A stretch of DNA of 64,000 bases from Phoronis australis (lineage: Eukaryota; Animalia; Phoronida). A program made the translations under genes and the position numbers. The stretch spans positions 112,549-176,548 of the forward strand of contig NMRA01000730.1 of NCBI GenBank assembly GCA_002633005.1, given 5' to 3'. The notes beneath the pieces were generated by a model. That model worked only from the letters and a program-made list of their open reading frames with translations. It was not told the origin of the DNA and did not search any database. Of this stretch, positions 28,949 to 44,600 are shown piece after piece. Each line of letters opens with the position of its first letter. Within the stretch, counting starts at the first letter, position 1.

Positions 28949-31900
28949 TGATGTGAAGATGCGGAAGATACAACACGACTTGTTGATTCCGAGTGACCGA
29001 CAAATCTGAATGATATTTCTTTTTTGTTTCTATGTCATAGGTAACGGTCTAACAAACGATTTGTTCTGTGGAAGCAACCTTGTGTATGGATGGCATGTTA
29101 TTGCCTTTAGCCTTTCATTTATTTGCACTCCGTAACTCTCTGCTGGAGTTAGATGATGAATTGAGGGCTTGTACTACTAGAGTTCTAGGCCCGAGTTTGA
29201 CATGCTGTGATCTTATCTTGAGTAGTGCTGGAAACTGGTTCTTGGGTTCGTGGGGATATTTGGGTCATCTTAATTTTGGGGTATTCGGTGAAACTGAGCT
29301 TTGAAGAATGAAAAGTTGGTTGACCTAATGTATTGTTTGGTTTAATTCTGCGAGTTAAATTTGTCAGTAAGGAGAATGTTGTTTGTTAGATTGATCCTGT
29401 TGACTTTCTTAAGAAATGACAATATTTTTGTATTTCAGTCACGAAAATGAGAATCAGACATAAAAAAATGGATGATTGATTGCACTCTGGTATAGGCGTG
29501 GCTCTTGTTCTTCTCATCATCAGTTTTCGTTTTTAAATTCACTGTCATTCCTTCTGTTGCAGCATTGCCGAGACGTCATCGACTGGTGGAGGCTCACATC
29601 TTACGGCCCATACTCTGCGGACACTGTAAGTACTTCTGTACCCGATTGCATGAAGCAGTCCCAAAGTAGGTCTCCACTAAGTTCCCGAAATCTTTTGTGT
29701 ATTTGTTTCGCTCTATGCTCTCAGACCTGGTATTTTTCTATAATTTTGTCTTTATTATATGTGCGTTTTGACTAATGACATTTTCTAATAACATAACTGA
29801 AAACTGAGCCCTTAATTCGATTAAAATAATTAGGTACTGAGTCCTTAGTCCTTAAGGGCATTGCATAAAAAGATCCCTACTTATTCACAGTAATATTGAG
29901 AATTCACCGTAGAGTTTACTTTTGGTTTTGAATCTAAGTCAAAAATTGATTTTGCAATGAGACTCAAACAGCATAAGAAAGGACAATCCGTGTTTTCACA
30001 AGCCCACAAATGCGCAGTTATTTACGGAACATACCGTAATCGTTCGGGTTAACGCCCTGGGCGGTTAAATTGTCAAACTCAAAAAATCGGGGGTGGGCGG
30101 TTAACCAGACATGGGCGCTTAAACGTGAAATTTCAAGAAATCCAGGGTGGGCGGTTAACCGAACATGGGCGCTTATTACGACAGGCAACCGCCTTGGGCG
30201 GTTAATCTTACCTCGTACTCGGAACGCGTAGTACTTTTCAAAGAGCGTTATCGTCACGTCGCCACCTGACGAGAAAAATGTCATAACAGCGGATGATCCC
30301 AAAAAAAATTCTCTTGCCCTCAAATTAGTTCTTCACTATTAAATTAACAGAATTACTGAGTAATAGCCCCGTGGCGTCCTGCGGTCTTGTTACTTTGCCC
30401 TCTAGAGCGCAGACGACATGTGACCACGCAGCCTCTACTTGGATTGCAACTATTTTAAGATGTGACCTTGTTAAAGTGCGCGCGTGCAAGCTTCACGTGT
30501 TGCAGAGATCACAGCAGACATCAAATTTATGGTTGCAGTCTCGTACTGAGCTGCCAAGTTCATAGTCTGAGAGCAGTTTTAAAATGAGTTGTAATAAAAG
30601 TTTGAAAAACTTAATTCAGATGTTTTTTGTGTTTAGGATGTTTATAGTCGACACTCTGTGACTCAATGACATTTTCAGCGTATGGTTCTGCGGCTAGCTG
30701 TTTTATCTCGACCGCCCGGCATTGCTCACTTGCCGTTGCGCCAAACATGCTCGGCAAAGAATTAGGCCTAAGACAAGAATCGGTGTTAAGCGGCCGTGAG
30801 CTACTCGTCAATCAAGAATAAAATTTCGAGCCACGACATAAATATGTGATAAAACGCCACAAAACAGCGATGTTTCAATTCATTCTTAAACAATCGCCTT
30901 ACCAAACTTCGTGGTGGAAAAACATTTATTTTTCATGCAAGATGTCCAGATTATCCTATTTATATCACTTGCAATAGGCCTATCGCACTGCGGCACTGTT
31001 CGGTCTCGCTGTTAGCAAGCAATGTCTCAGTCGGCTGACAGTCGTGACTTGGAAATGCCGTCAAGTAATAAAACGGCCTCTTCCAATATGCATCTCGTTT
31101 TTTATGGCCAAAGATAGCGGCGGGAATCAGCACGCACGTAGGGCCTACGAGTGAGCACCTGTCAATCACATGTTGGTGTCAAGGTAACATGCACTGCAAA
31201 GTGTGGGAACTTGCGCACGTGCACCAAAATGACTACAAAGTCACACATCAAAAGAGAATAGCCCTAAGTAACAAAAACGGGCGTGACTATGTACTTTTAA
31301 GCTGTTGTTACGAAAGACCCAGTTCTTTACGATATTCCTCCGTTGCCAATGTTCCCCAAAACTGCGATGTCAAGTCTATTCCGATATTTCCCGCTCGATG
31401 CTCCCTAAGCCCATGCCCGTAGCTAGCTGTGTGCATCTCCCACCCACTATCGCCAATTTTCAGTCAGTCTACGTCGTAGATATTTCAGACTCGAATGGTA
31501 AGAAACTGGCCAATGTATAAACAAAATTATTCTGGATGGCAAAAAGGGGATGTGGAAACGATATTTCACAGTCACGCTTATACGTGGGGGCTGACGCAAG
31601 AAAAAATAAAGAACAGCCAGCGACAATAGTTAAATCTGGTAACGCCAGTTTGACTGAGATGCAATAAGCAAAAAACAAAATTTGACTAGCTGTTTTTTAT
31701 TACTTCAAGATCATACACAAACAAACATTATTGCCAACCTTTGAATTCAGAAATCGATAGGCAGCAACGAAATCGGTAACCCAGTAAGGCACTTGTACTG
31801 TCCCTTCGGTCGCCACACGTCCTCTACAACCCGGCAGTTACATTCATCAAAATGAGAATTTGAAATCTTTCCGTGAGTTGTGAGATTTCTTCAAAATACG

Positions 31901-32643
31901 AGAGCTTCCCACCTTAAGAGAATTTGGAGGGTTGGCAAAACCATTGTCACATTTGTCTGGCCTGATTTTTTCGAATATATATTTTATCTAGTGCACTGCA
32001 GACCGAAACTCAGTGCGGCAGACAAAGTCGCTGAAAGCGGAGGTTTTGACGCCGGCGCCGTTCTTAAACTTTGTAAACATGGGAAGAAAATAAAGTGACA
32101 AAAACGTTAAAGTATTATATTTTGAAGTGAGTCCATGACCCAAGACAAGAACTCCTTACTTGTATTGTAATTCACATTGCTAAACCACCGTCTTGAAGGC
32201 CCGGCGTTGTTACGCTCATTGTGATCATCGATCTTTTTGTAAAAGTCGGGGAATCACCGTTTCCTTAGCACTGGGCGCTAAATCTTCATTCTTTAAAAGT
32301 CCGGGATGGGCGCTTAACCGAGAGGTGGGCGCTTAACTGGAAATCTTCAAAAATCGTAGGGGGGCGCTTAACTGAGCAGTGGGCGGTTAAATCGAAAATC
32401 CACCTAAAGTAGGGGGTAGGCGGTTAACTGAGCATGGGCGTTAACCCGAACGATTACGGTAGTTCAGTCCCTATTTGGGATTGTTTCATGCAACCGGTCA
32501 CAGTACTCTGCTTCTTTATTCTTTCACACCTTAACGCTCTGGCTTGACTGAAATTAATATAATATAATAATAACAATAACAATAACAATAATAATAATAG
32601 TAATAACAATAATAATAATAACAATAATAATAGTAACAACAAC

Positions 32644-32677
<34 letters not shown>

Positions 32678-35600
32678 GTAATAACAATAATAATAATAGT
32701 AATAACAATAATAGTAATAAGAATAATAATAATAACAATAATAATAATAATAATAATAATAACAATAATAATAATAATAACAATAATAATAATAATAACA
32801 ATAATAATAACAACAACAATAATAACAACAACAATAATAACAATAACAATAATAACAACAATAATAATAACAACAATAATAATAACAACAATAACAATAA
32901 TAGTAATAACAATAATAGTAATAACAATAATAATAATAATAATAACAATAATAATAATAACAATAATAATAACAACAATAATAATAATAACAATAATAAT
33001 AATAATAATAAAATTTCACATCTTATTTCAGTTATGTGCGTAGAGATATAAACAGCCGCTGTTTTTCCAGGCGGTTGTAAAAACCGATAGGATTAGGGTT
33101 CTGTGTGAACCAAAACATGATTCCCAAGGATAGTGTTTGATACGTTAAGCATTGCCATGTTTCACGCTTGAGCAGGCTGTATAAAGCTGTGCAGTGTTGT
33201 TGCAGAAAATCTGGTATTACACTTGAATAATTTGTTATTTAAAACTGTAAAGGGAACATGTGTTCATATTTTTTTCTTGGATTTCTGTCTTAGTAAATTA
33301 GCTGCGTATCAATCTGTTTCAGTTTGTGATTTCTGAGAATGTGTGATGCAATCGTTCAAGGTGAACGGCAATTTCTCATTTGGCTTTTTGATGTCTGTTG
33401 GCATCAATGTGCCTTGTGAGGATTCTTCATCTATTTACTGCACATCCTGTCTGGAGTGTGGAGTTTAATTACGCGGACATTTTCAAAAAGGAAAATTTAA
33501 GACAAAGCTATTTCGTTGTTAGCGTTATTTGTACTGAACAACTGCCGTTGAACAATCGATATTAAAGTTTATATATACTACATGTTTCTAGCGACATAGT
33601 CAGTGAAAATTAATGACTTTGGGAAATTTTTTTGTGTGAAATGACTGAAGAATTACTATACGTGCAAATTCAGTTATCACAAGTGTTTCATTTTATTCGC
33701 TGATGACTACAAGTAATTGTTATTGATTGCCGTAAAGGACATCGCAGGCATAATTGAGTCACCTGTTTTGAAAGAGACAAAGGCGTAAGCTAAAAAATCG
33801 CAGATTTTTCAAGTCTGTACTGTTGTGCTTTTTGTGAAAATGTTGGTAAAAATTTTAAAGGTACTCTTAATAAAGGACAAAAGAGGCTCTGCCAAAAAGT
33901 GTTTTGTGCATTTTTGAAAGCGTTGGTTATTACCAAGAACTTACCATGTAAAAACCCGATTACCATCTGTTACAGATTTACGTGTATTTTTTGTACTTTT
34001 AGCGTCTAAAAATCGCTGTCTGCACAGTTTAAAAATAATGTTAATGATTCTGAGCATTTATTTCTGTAAATATCTTAAAGATAATCAGCTTTTCAATGTG
34101 CCAGATTGGCAGTGATCAAGGCAGAAAACTTAAGCAAATGACAACAATAGCCGAGAACTGACAAGTTCTGTTCAACAAAGCGTCTTTTTGGTGCCAGTGC
34201 ATACCAGACTTTCCTTTTTGCAATTGGTGTATTAATGTTAATTTGACTAACCAATGAAAAACGCCCTTACTTTGCACTGTTGGCTATCATCTGCTTAGGA
34301 AGTCAGTAGTCTAGAGCAGACTTTCAGAGATTAAGTTTGGCATGAAGTTAGATTGTACTAAGAAAACGGGCAAGGAATAAACAGCATTTGGACATGCAGA
34401 TGTCTGTTGTGTGAACCTAGGCTGTGTCAACGTGGATCAGGAATTAAATGAGATATCATGATTTGCTCTCTTATCTGTCATGATCAGTTGGAGAGAAATC
34501 GAAAGCTATTCACGAAACATGGATGCGATGATCTGATTTTTTAATGTAGCTTCCCGAAAACGTTTTCAAACTGAACTTCGTTGTTTTGTGTTTGGTTCTG
34601 TTTGTGTGTGGTTCAGTTTGTGTGGGGTTCTGTTTGTGTATGGTTCAGTTTGTGTGTGGTTCTGTTTGTGTGGTTTCTTTTTGTGTGTGGTTCAGTTTGT
34701 GTGTGGTTCTGTTTGTGTGTGGTTCTGTTTGTGTGTGGTTCTGTTTGTGTGTGGTTCTGTTTGTGTGTGGTTCAGTTTGTGCGTCGTTCTGTTTGTGTGT
34801 GGTTCTGTTTGTGTGTGATTCTGTGTGGTGCTGCTTGATGTTAGACCACACTTAGTACATGGAATGTTGTAGTGATTGAAATGAAGGCAGTAGTTCATTA
34901 TCAGAACTTGTAGGCAGTCTCAATGTATGCCTGCAGATACCCTTTCATTTTCCATTTGGCCAAGTTGCCAGTTGCTTTCAAAATCTCATATCCAGTTGGA
35001 AGGATATTGTACAACCTAATCAATATCAGCATGTGAGGTGTATTATTGGTCGTTAAGCACTCTGAAGTCTACCGATTGTTGATCGCCATGGTTTCTACAG
35101 TTCACAACTTGCTGTATAGGTAGCAGCACATCTCAATCCATGGGGGAGGTATTCGTAGGCCAACACTGGCTCATTGTCTTACTTAAATCCAGTCAGATTA
35201 TCTCTATATGTAACCAAATGGGGCACTTGCAAATGAAAAAGCACAACTTTATCTTACAATAATGGGAATCAAAAGCAATGCCAAGCTTCAATTTATGCTT
35301 CTTCCAAATTGATATGTCACGGTGCATAGGTTCCCCTCCCGTCGTCTTCTTTTGTTTTTTGGTATGATAGGATGATTACGCGTATATATTATTTAGCGTG
35401 AATGTGCAGAGTGGCTGGCTTAACTTTTAGATGTGTCATTATGTGATCTAATACCTGCGCTGCTTTAATCACAGTTCACGACCATCCATGCAGTATGACT
35501 TGTTAATGAGCAATTAACCGTTTTTCCAGTGAGCGGCCAGGCGAAATCACCTGTGCTTATTTTTTGTAATCCTTGGTTAGTACCTTTCAGTAGTCTAGAT

Positions 35601-38600
35601 TAGGATAGTATTGAAAAACACGTTACTGTGTCTGCTAAAACCATATCCAGAACACTTATTTATGTTGAACGTTTTTTGATTTTTAACTTTTGTGGTCGTT
35701 AATGAATTGATTTTCGTGGTGTAAATTGATCCTAAAAGTTATCTGGAATAGACTTTTTTAGCCAAGGCAGTGAAGTTGATCATGATAATTAGCAGTTGAA
35801 CCAATCTATGCTATGAAATTAGAACTGTGTTAGTTGAATTTTAGACAAATTGAGTTGAGGAAATCCAATAATTTCCCGACTTGGACTGGTGTTGACTGCA
35901 GTGTCAATCAATTGATGTCATGTACGGTATGTGGGCATACTTGGCTCTAGTAATAGGCAAGTATGACCATATATGAAACATGCAAGCAGAAACCGAGGGT
36001 AGACTTTCTGAAATGGTATTTGAGTGAAGCTTGACTTGTCCGAGCTGCAAAACGTAGACTGTGACGTGTATTTAACAAAAATGAAAACTTGTTCGTGAAA
36101 CCAGGACATACAGACAAGTAAAAGCACATATGCAAGAGACAGCCAGTTCAAATTATTAGTGATGAATAGATGCATATGACTGACCTATATGCAAAGTGTT
36201 AAAACATTTTTTATGGGGAAAATGTGTTATTTTGGATTTAGGTAAAATTCTTCAGTTTGGTGTACAATAGTGCAGAAATCTTACTTTGTCGAAATTCTCT
36301 GCTGAAAGTAACTCGAGGAAAGTTTACTTTGCTTTTAGCTTGGTTTTTATGGCATAGTTATTACTGATCAGCATTTGGTAAAAGTGCATCTGCAACAATG
36401 TGGTAATCCTCTGAAAAATAGAAATATGGCAATTTTAGCAATTATTTGTGTCCCAATTGAAAAGCTTTTACCGTAGACACGCTTAATCACAGGTGCAGTA
36501 TATGTGCATACATGTACTTTACTGTACTAGTGATCATTATGTGAGACCCACTGTTCCCTGTGTTTGAGTTCAGGGTCAAGGTCCTGCAGTCATGTTAGTG
36601 CAGTTGACTTTAACATCATCATGAAAGTGGCTGATTTAGGGTATGTGGAACTGTAGAAAAATGTCTAAATTTGGCTACCCCCACAACGCCATATCTCAGA
36701 GATGGCTGATCGGATTCAGTGCTCTTGCACAGATCCCCAAAATGCGACTAGGGATTGTTTTTAAAATATTCCAGATTTTTATGAGCAGCTATTAAAAATA
36801 GTCCCGTACTTTGGATCTTCATAAAAAATCAAAAAGTGCATAAAAGGAAAGTTAAATGATAATTTAGAGAGCTGTAACGGTGTTCTTGAGGTTTCATCTT
36901 TAGCACAGTCGATAAGGTCGTGTGCTACCTTAACCATGGAGCGCATGGTGTCAAAATTTCCCTTGCCATGTACCGTAAATACAGTAGATGGTTTCTATCA
37001 TTATTAAAAGGACAGGGAGATCACCTGCAGTTCATACGATGGAGCCAATCTTGGACGGGTAGGACAGCCCCGTTCAAAGCTGTGACTTTTTGACATTGTT
37101 ACTTGCCAGAATGGATTTCATTTTCTATTGCCACAGGGAAAGCTTGATACATTACGCACTCCCCCTGTAATTGCCCAAGGTGTTTAGATAGGGAATCCCA
37201 GAATCACGGGGTGGGCAGTTAATTGAGCCAGGGGTTTCAAATGAAATTTAAGAAAAAATAATGGGCTTTGCATTGTACTGAGTGGGGGGGGGGCTTAATT
37301 AGGGCCTGGTTTGAGCCAGGGCATGTAGGTGCTTCTCTTCTCTGCAGGAGGCGCCACCTTCAGTAACAATAAACGGCTAATTGAACATGGTGGGTCAGTT
37401 TTTGTGGAATTCTTAAATTTGGTGATTAAAAGTAAAGTGCTATAAACCTTCAGCACACAAAACACATTAGATTGAAAGGTATTCAGCTAAGACTATCAGA
37501 GCATGAATCTGAGATTTATAATGGCCATTACCTGTATGATGGACTATTACATTGAGAGACTGTGCAGGGAGACTGCATGGGAAGGCCATAAACCAGTGCT
37601 GTAAACAACCTGTATTCTTTGGTCAGCTGCCCATAATGTAATAATCAAATTCACATCACAGCAAACTTGTTTGATGTTCTTAGTAGTTTGGTCCACTTTC
37701 CACTTCCTCATTGTTACCTGTGACCTCCCTGTTTGTCTTTGACCTGTAGACGACCTTTGGTGTTCTATCAAAGGTGACCCAATCCATTTGGCCTAAACAT
37801 AGCTGTCAATAACCTAGCCCCTGTTAAACCTCATTGAACTGTCAGTTGGTTAGGTTCCCATTTCTTGAAGCTCCACCTTCATGGCAATGTTATCACTGAG
37901 TACACATAGACACAGTGGCCATAAAATAACCCCACTGTTTGTTCTGGCATTCCTTCAGAGCCTAGGGCTGATCCTGATGGAGAACAACTTGCCCCTGTTC
38001 AGCCGAGCATCCATTGCTGCACACCCTACACCGTGTGAAAAATGTGGCGGAAAAATAATTAGACACCTCTGTGTACGTAACTAAGCGCGCACGTGGAATT
38101 TACTTCTGCCTTGTCTGCAGGTTTGCGTTTACAATACGACTTGCGCTGGGGAGGGGCGGGGGCAAGTTACCCTAGCACTTGTTTCCCTACCTCGATGTGT
38201 GGGGTCAATTTTTCACTTGGATGTCGCTTGCAAATAGTGCTCACATTACTGCAAAACCTAGTGACAACTTGTTCCGGAATTAAATCGCAATGTGAACGGC
38301 ACTTAGGGACTGTTGAGCACTGCTGTTGGTTAGGCCAGATATAACTTATCAGTCAGGGTTGGCGAGGTGACTTAAAGTTAATCTAGGTCTTTACTACCTG
38401 ACAAATTTTGATAAGGTTAACCTGAAGCAAAAACATGTATTTAATTGCTTTTCATATCTGCAGATGGCAATTTCCTTTTGGATTTGGAAAGATTTTGTCA
38501 ATTACCAGATGGTCTCTTGAACGGTCAACTGAGTTCTCACTCCTTCAAATTGGCTTGTAGACTTCAGGCGGCGTGAGTCAATTCACCCGTACTCGGGTTT

Positions 38601-41600
38601 TTCTAAAATGAACCCTGTTGTTGTATGCCTTATTTTAATTGAAGGCAAAGAACTGGTTTTGCTGACACAGTTTACCTCTTAGATTCATCATCTGTCTGAG
38701 TAGATTAAGTTTTCATGCACCTACTTAAAGATTTGTTCTATTGTGAGATTACAGCACTTGTTCGTATTCCCAAGTTGCTAGTTGCAATTAAAACTTTTTC
38801 ATCGGTTGCCTAAATGACGCGCTTTTTTTCAAGTAAATGGCGGCTACACCGAGAACCTTGGGATTAGTCACATGTAATTTGCTATTGGCATGCTGCAGCA
38901 TCAGTCGAGGCTTTGACCTTCTGAACTTTTATCATCCAGTTCTAGGCACCGTTTTTTAGCCTCTGTTTCCATGGAGTACTACAAACCATCTAATTACCAC
39001 ATGTCTAGTTTTAGCACTTATCTGTTACGCAACTTTCCTACCCTATGCCTAGGGGACACACAGTCTTTGTGTGGTTTTTGTGCTTGATTAAGTTGTAGCA
39101 AACGCTCCTTTGTATTTAAAATGCCTTGTTATTAGATTCCCAGCATTGGTGCAATTGGATTGAACAATACTCATCATTTCAAATCGTTGGAGGTCGTTTT
39201 GTGTCGCCGTAAAATGAGAGCAAAAATGTTTGCATAACGATTGGTCTGCTTATGGGTATACTCATAAATAAAACTAATGCATGACTAATGAAAAACGTTT
39301 TCTGTTGATCCATCCATTTAAGCACGGAAGCATAATCAATCGGTTTTTGGGTAAAAAAAAAACACATTTTTTGAGATTATTACTAGATGGAATAGAGTTT
39401 TTGAGGTTATTAGTTTTGACCAGAACTATAAAAGAAAGCCTTATGTTGTTGGTATTGTATCGCAAATGACCAATTCTCGCGGATTAGCTGCCAGTGAATC
39501 GCTGAATTCCAGGCCGGTGACTATTGAGTGAGTACGCTTGAAATGCTTTGCTGTATACCAAGTGAAGTTAAGGTCCGGGACCGCTGAGGGCATGAGTTAA
39601 GGAATCTAGCTTGGGCTGATCTTAAAAAACAACACCCCTCTTGCCTTTTATACTCTTTCTAGAGTGATTAGAATAGTTATGATGTGCCACTGATTATTCG
39701 AAAAAAAATCCAACTTAACTGTCACTGATTTTTTTTTTAATTTGCGGTAGGTTGTCACTTTATTTCCTGGTCACCTAATGAATGATAAGTTACAGTACTA
39801 GCCAAAAGTATTCAGACAAAATGACCCAGAATTCCTCGTCATGACGGCTGGGCGGAAGACGAATTCACCGTCAGGATATTCTTCCCTGATAATCGAGAAT
39901 GAAGAGGATTTGACAGGAAAGTTATTTTTAAAGTAGAATTTTGATGTCCTGGAAGTTATTACCTGCAGTTATTGTTGCTGCTAACTAAATTAGCCGTCAT
40001 TGTGGGAGGTATTTTGTCTGATAACTTTTGTCTTGTACTGTAGTTACATAAATTTCTGTACAATCTTCCTTTTAATAACGAATGTAGGTTTAAATATCGA
40101 TCTGATTCAACCAGTCATTAGTGGTTATTATCTAATATACCCTTGGAATGAGACTGCTGAAGACAGGGATATTCATTAGGTTCAAACAATTGGTTGAAAC
40201 TCATTTCAGAATGTATTGAAAGAACCGCGAAACGTAAATTTGTGTGTGTTCGGTCACAGCCATTTCTGCTGCTTTCAAGAATCTGGCTGTAAATGTCAAA
40301 TTGTGGCGCAACAGAAAAATGAGGCCAGACACCACATGACTGTTGCCAATGTATCAACAATTTTGCGTTAGGGCAAGCTCTCCTGAAGTTGCTGCCAAAA
40401 TTTGTGACACCCACCTCCTGTGCGAGAGCTGTCAGGAACAAAATTATGAAATAGTACACATTTGGATTATTGCCAAGACCCACGGTTCATTTTCATATCT
40501 GCTGTTTTCTCTCCGTATAATGATAAATGGTGCTGACATTTAATTTTTTTTTGCTTTTTAGTTGCGGAAAGACAGTTTTGTTCCCCAGGCAGTTTAAGGG
40601 TTATTGTTTTACGAAGTTTACATTTTGAGTTTCACTGTTCTGTTTAGGTGTGTCTAATGTAGCAGAAAATAGACTATTGGCACATCTGGTGAATAGGAAG
40701 TACTTATTTAGTTTAGGCTGTATATACAATAAAATATACATTATAACCCAAAGACCCATTTCTTGATGAACTCTTCACCTGTACTCTACCAGTGATGTAA
40801 CTCACCACTCAGACTAGGTCAGACCCAGGCATACTACAATAGGCCAGGCTTGGTGTATAAAAGGCAGATAGCTGAAGGCCTGGTTTACAGTCAAGTGATT
40901 TTTTAATGCCTGAGTGCTCGCTTATATACTTGAGGCCAGTGGTCTTCTTGTGACTATTGCGTGAAGGTGTCGTGGGAAGTGAGATCGCCAAAAGTGTAGT
41001 TTTCGTGTTTGGTGGCTCTGTGTTGGCTTGCTGCGGTCATAACACCCGATGGAGATGAACTAAATGACATTGCCCTTGACTGGATTACTGCCGTGAAATT
41101 GATGCAAAAGCCATTGGCAGAACAAGACAGTAAGTTACTACGCCAAGATATTCTTTATTAAGTCAGGGTTGCTTACACAGTTGGCTTTACCTCTTGGGGT
41201 ACATAAGTTGTACATGGCTCAGAATAAAACCATTCAACTGGGGAGAGCTCAATGTCATTGTTATCTAGTTAGCACCATCTTTCTCCACACCTACCCTGGA
41301 TATTGTAGCGTTGCAGTTAATAGGAGATGTGTTTGCTTGGAGTGCAAAGCTTGCTAGCATTAGAGAAAAAAAAACGTGATCGTTGAAGCTGTTCAATATT
41401 TGCTTGGAGTACACATTGTTGTCGAGCCTGATCATTCTAGGTTTAGGCTGGCGAAGAAATAATTCAAGCGTTGTTGATCAGAAAGGTTTGCCAAACACTA
41501 AAGGTACTGTCCCTGGGAAACGTTATTTTCCAATCAACAAAGTGGCTAGAAGCCTGCTTTTCATCACAAAAACCATCTTTTGATTTGACCTCTTGCCAAA

Positions 41601-44600
41601 ATGAAATTGGTCTCCAATTATTCCTTTGTCAAACTGGCTGTGATTCAAGGCTTTGAAAGAACTGACGGTCTGTTATTGCTTGAGATTGAAACTCTATAAG
41701 TTGACTTGTCACTACGCATCATTTTATCTTGTGCGCTGAGCACGGTCTTGAGGAATAACGATGGATGTCCATACTTTGCAAGCCCAAAGATCACTTATCT
41801 GTCTAAGCTTAGAACAAGTTAATACCACTGTTACAGAATTGTCTTCTTGGTTGGAACGTGGGTTTAAAGTCATTTTAAGTGGTTATTTTATTAAAATTGC
41901 ATATTCTTGCTACTGTTGTACTTGTAAGTACAAATGATATTAGGTTTTTGAAGTGTCATAACATGGGTCATTTTAATTCCAAGGGTGTCAACAGATACTG
42001 TATTAAAGATTCTTAGATATTTCGGTATCTGTGTGTCTTGCGATTAAGCTCTATATCTATAGTCAAGGGTTTTATCAAATGTACTTTTGGTCAGGTGTAA
42101 CACGTCTGGGTCATCTTTGCTGTACTATTCTCAGGTACTGAGTAAAATCATTACAAAGACTCATTTAAATGTTAAGTTATGTTATATTTTGTTTCCTCGA
42201 AAATAATGATGAAGAAAATTTTAGTCTATCACTAGCATGGTTTGTCATAAAATATCTATTAGTGATTTTTCATTATTTTTAGTAAATTGATCAACTTTTG
42301 AAAAATGGAAAAATGAGAGTTTTGGTTGGCATTCATTGTTGTGCGAAATCAGTGGGAAATTACTCTGCTTTGATTCATGTCGTTTTTGTTGACAGTAAAT
42401 TGAAAGTAATGTTTTTTATAGTATGTGTTTGTGTATATTTAGCACTAATGTGCTATTCTTGAATAGCCACATATATTAGTTGGAGTTATGTGCGCAGTAA
42501 GTCACTGAATAAAAGTACATGCTGGGTTATAAATCCACTTGAGGTATGGTGACATATGTGTGGTGATCAGTCATTTTGTACAGCACTGTGAGCAAAATTT
42601 ATCATTTTCTGTTTTTTAAGCCCCACTGATATACTGCAAATTACCAACACTTGACAATTTTTTCTTGACAAAATTTTGGTCGCTAGTAGCTGTTCTGTAC
42701 TAATTTATTATGTAGACCTTTCTTGACCGTTTTGTTTTTAGTGAGAAATTTTTACCAAAATGAAATTCCTCTTCCCTGATGCTGTGCGTTCTAATTGATG
42801 AACACTGCTACTGTCGTGTGTATTTTTATATCAAGACGATTAAGTCTGGCTGTGTTGCCGACGGTGATGATAAAACGGACTGAAAACCCATTAAGATGAT
42901 GAAAATTTGTTCTCAGATGCATATTTTTGCACATTTTCAAATCCAGGAGAATAACAAACATTAAAGACACAATTGCTCAGGTATCCAGAAACAAATATGT
43001 TGAAAAGGTACACGACTACACGTGCTCGGTACGTATCAGAAAACAAGGTCATATGATACAACAGTAGGAGCAGTGATTGCTGTAATTGCAAGCTATCCCC
43101 TAACTATATATCTGCCTGTATTTAAAGTAAGTACAATTCTTTACATAATAACTCTCGAACAGTTCCTAAATAAGCTGAGAGTTGGGTGGACATTGAGCGG
43201 CAGTCCTCTCCAGTTTACCCGCTACTTATCAATGCAATCGAGGTTATGTAAAGTTGTACTTGCTATTCAAACTCACCTAACGCTGATTTCCACCTGTGTG
43301 TAAGCAGGTCCATGAAGACGGATTACTAATTGCGCACACATTGGCTGGTTGAATCTCCTGACCATGTTTCATTCTTATGCTCACTGGCAAAGTGAGATAA
43401 AATTATCTATTAGGCAAATTGTTTCACAGCTGTTAAACGATAGGTTGGACACTAGAAAAGTACCCTATATTTGCCAAATTCAGAAAAATTACAAGAAATT
43501 GTTTCGGACTTTTATTTTATGCTTGGACTAGTCGAAAGTTAGCATTTCAATGGACATAGAAATGACAGTTATTCATTTATTTAACACACAATAGGGCCAA
43601 CGAGCTAAATTCCATTTTCGTCAATTTTTCCAACAGAATTTTATTCTGAGACTAGCCCAAGTACTACGTAGATGTCTTAAAACATCATTTGCTTAGGCAA
43701 TCAAGAACTCAATAATTTTGGTAATTATGTTTTCAGTAGCTTTGAAAGATGAGAATTACCATGCTCAAGGTCATTATTTCTGTAATGTATTTTGCAGGGA
43801 CACCATAAAAGTACTATTACCTTGGGTTGCTTTATTTGGCCCAGTAATGCTATTAGTGAACGTGTCAACTGAATCTCACCTGTCATCACGCGGTCTTTAA
43901 TGAGGAGTGACCTGTACAACAGCCATGACTTAGGTTGTGAAGTACTTATAGCAAGGTGCTCACTGTAATAAAATGGATTCTCCAGCACCAACCCGATTAG
44001 TATCGAGTGCGCATGAAATAGTGCGGGGTGCGTATGGAATAGTGCGGGGTGCGTATGGAATAGTGCGGGGTGCGTATGGAATAGTGCGGGTTGCGTATGG
44101 AATAGTGCGGGGTGCGTATCATTATTATTCGTGTTGACTTATCGTTTAACATTTTCGTCTATGTTCACTGCAAGTTTTTCATTTCTTCACTGTTGTGAAT
44201 GGATATTTTTTAACTGAAATTAGCTGCCCAACTGATGAGCTAGATTTGCTGACACAGTTGCCAAGTTGTGCTTCAGGTGTGATAAGCATTTTTAAATTGT
44301 GGAATTATGGCAAGATCTATTTTCTCAAGGCCTTGGTTTTTATGTTGAGATTGATTGGTGATTAATTGTGCAACCTTTTGTGAGTGGCATTGCCATTTCC
44401 AGATACTGCATTTAGAGCCTCACTCTTGTTCATCTCCTTGGTTGTTATAGAATACACTAGATTTCACTCTTATTTATACTAGGCAGTGAAGTGCCCTTTG
44501 ATTATTGACATGACGGTTTGTGGTCAATGAACTTTGCAGTCTGTTGCCACATGGTGTATTTCTCCCAGGCATCTCTGTATTCAAGTGTGGCGAGTTAGAG

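Noticed and set aside
29439-29562. Upstream acceptor tatttcag| as the start of the first C1 exon
   Set aside because: In the required phase it reads [13 protein letters not shown] then stop. The 29563 acceptor gives the C1 pattern.
32454-33019. Poly-Leu and poly-Tyr/Cys ORFs
   Set aside because: They are translations of the (AAT/AAC)n microsatellite.
34581-34898. Cys/Val/Phe-rich and Thr/His-rich ORFs
   Set aside because: They are translations of the 16-bp minisatellite.
40118-40543. Overlapping Cys/His-containing ORFs as an extra zinc-finger exon or nested gene
   Set aside because: There is no C1-like ligand spacing and no convincing splice sites, and the gene model is complete without it.
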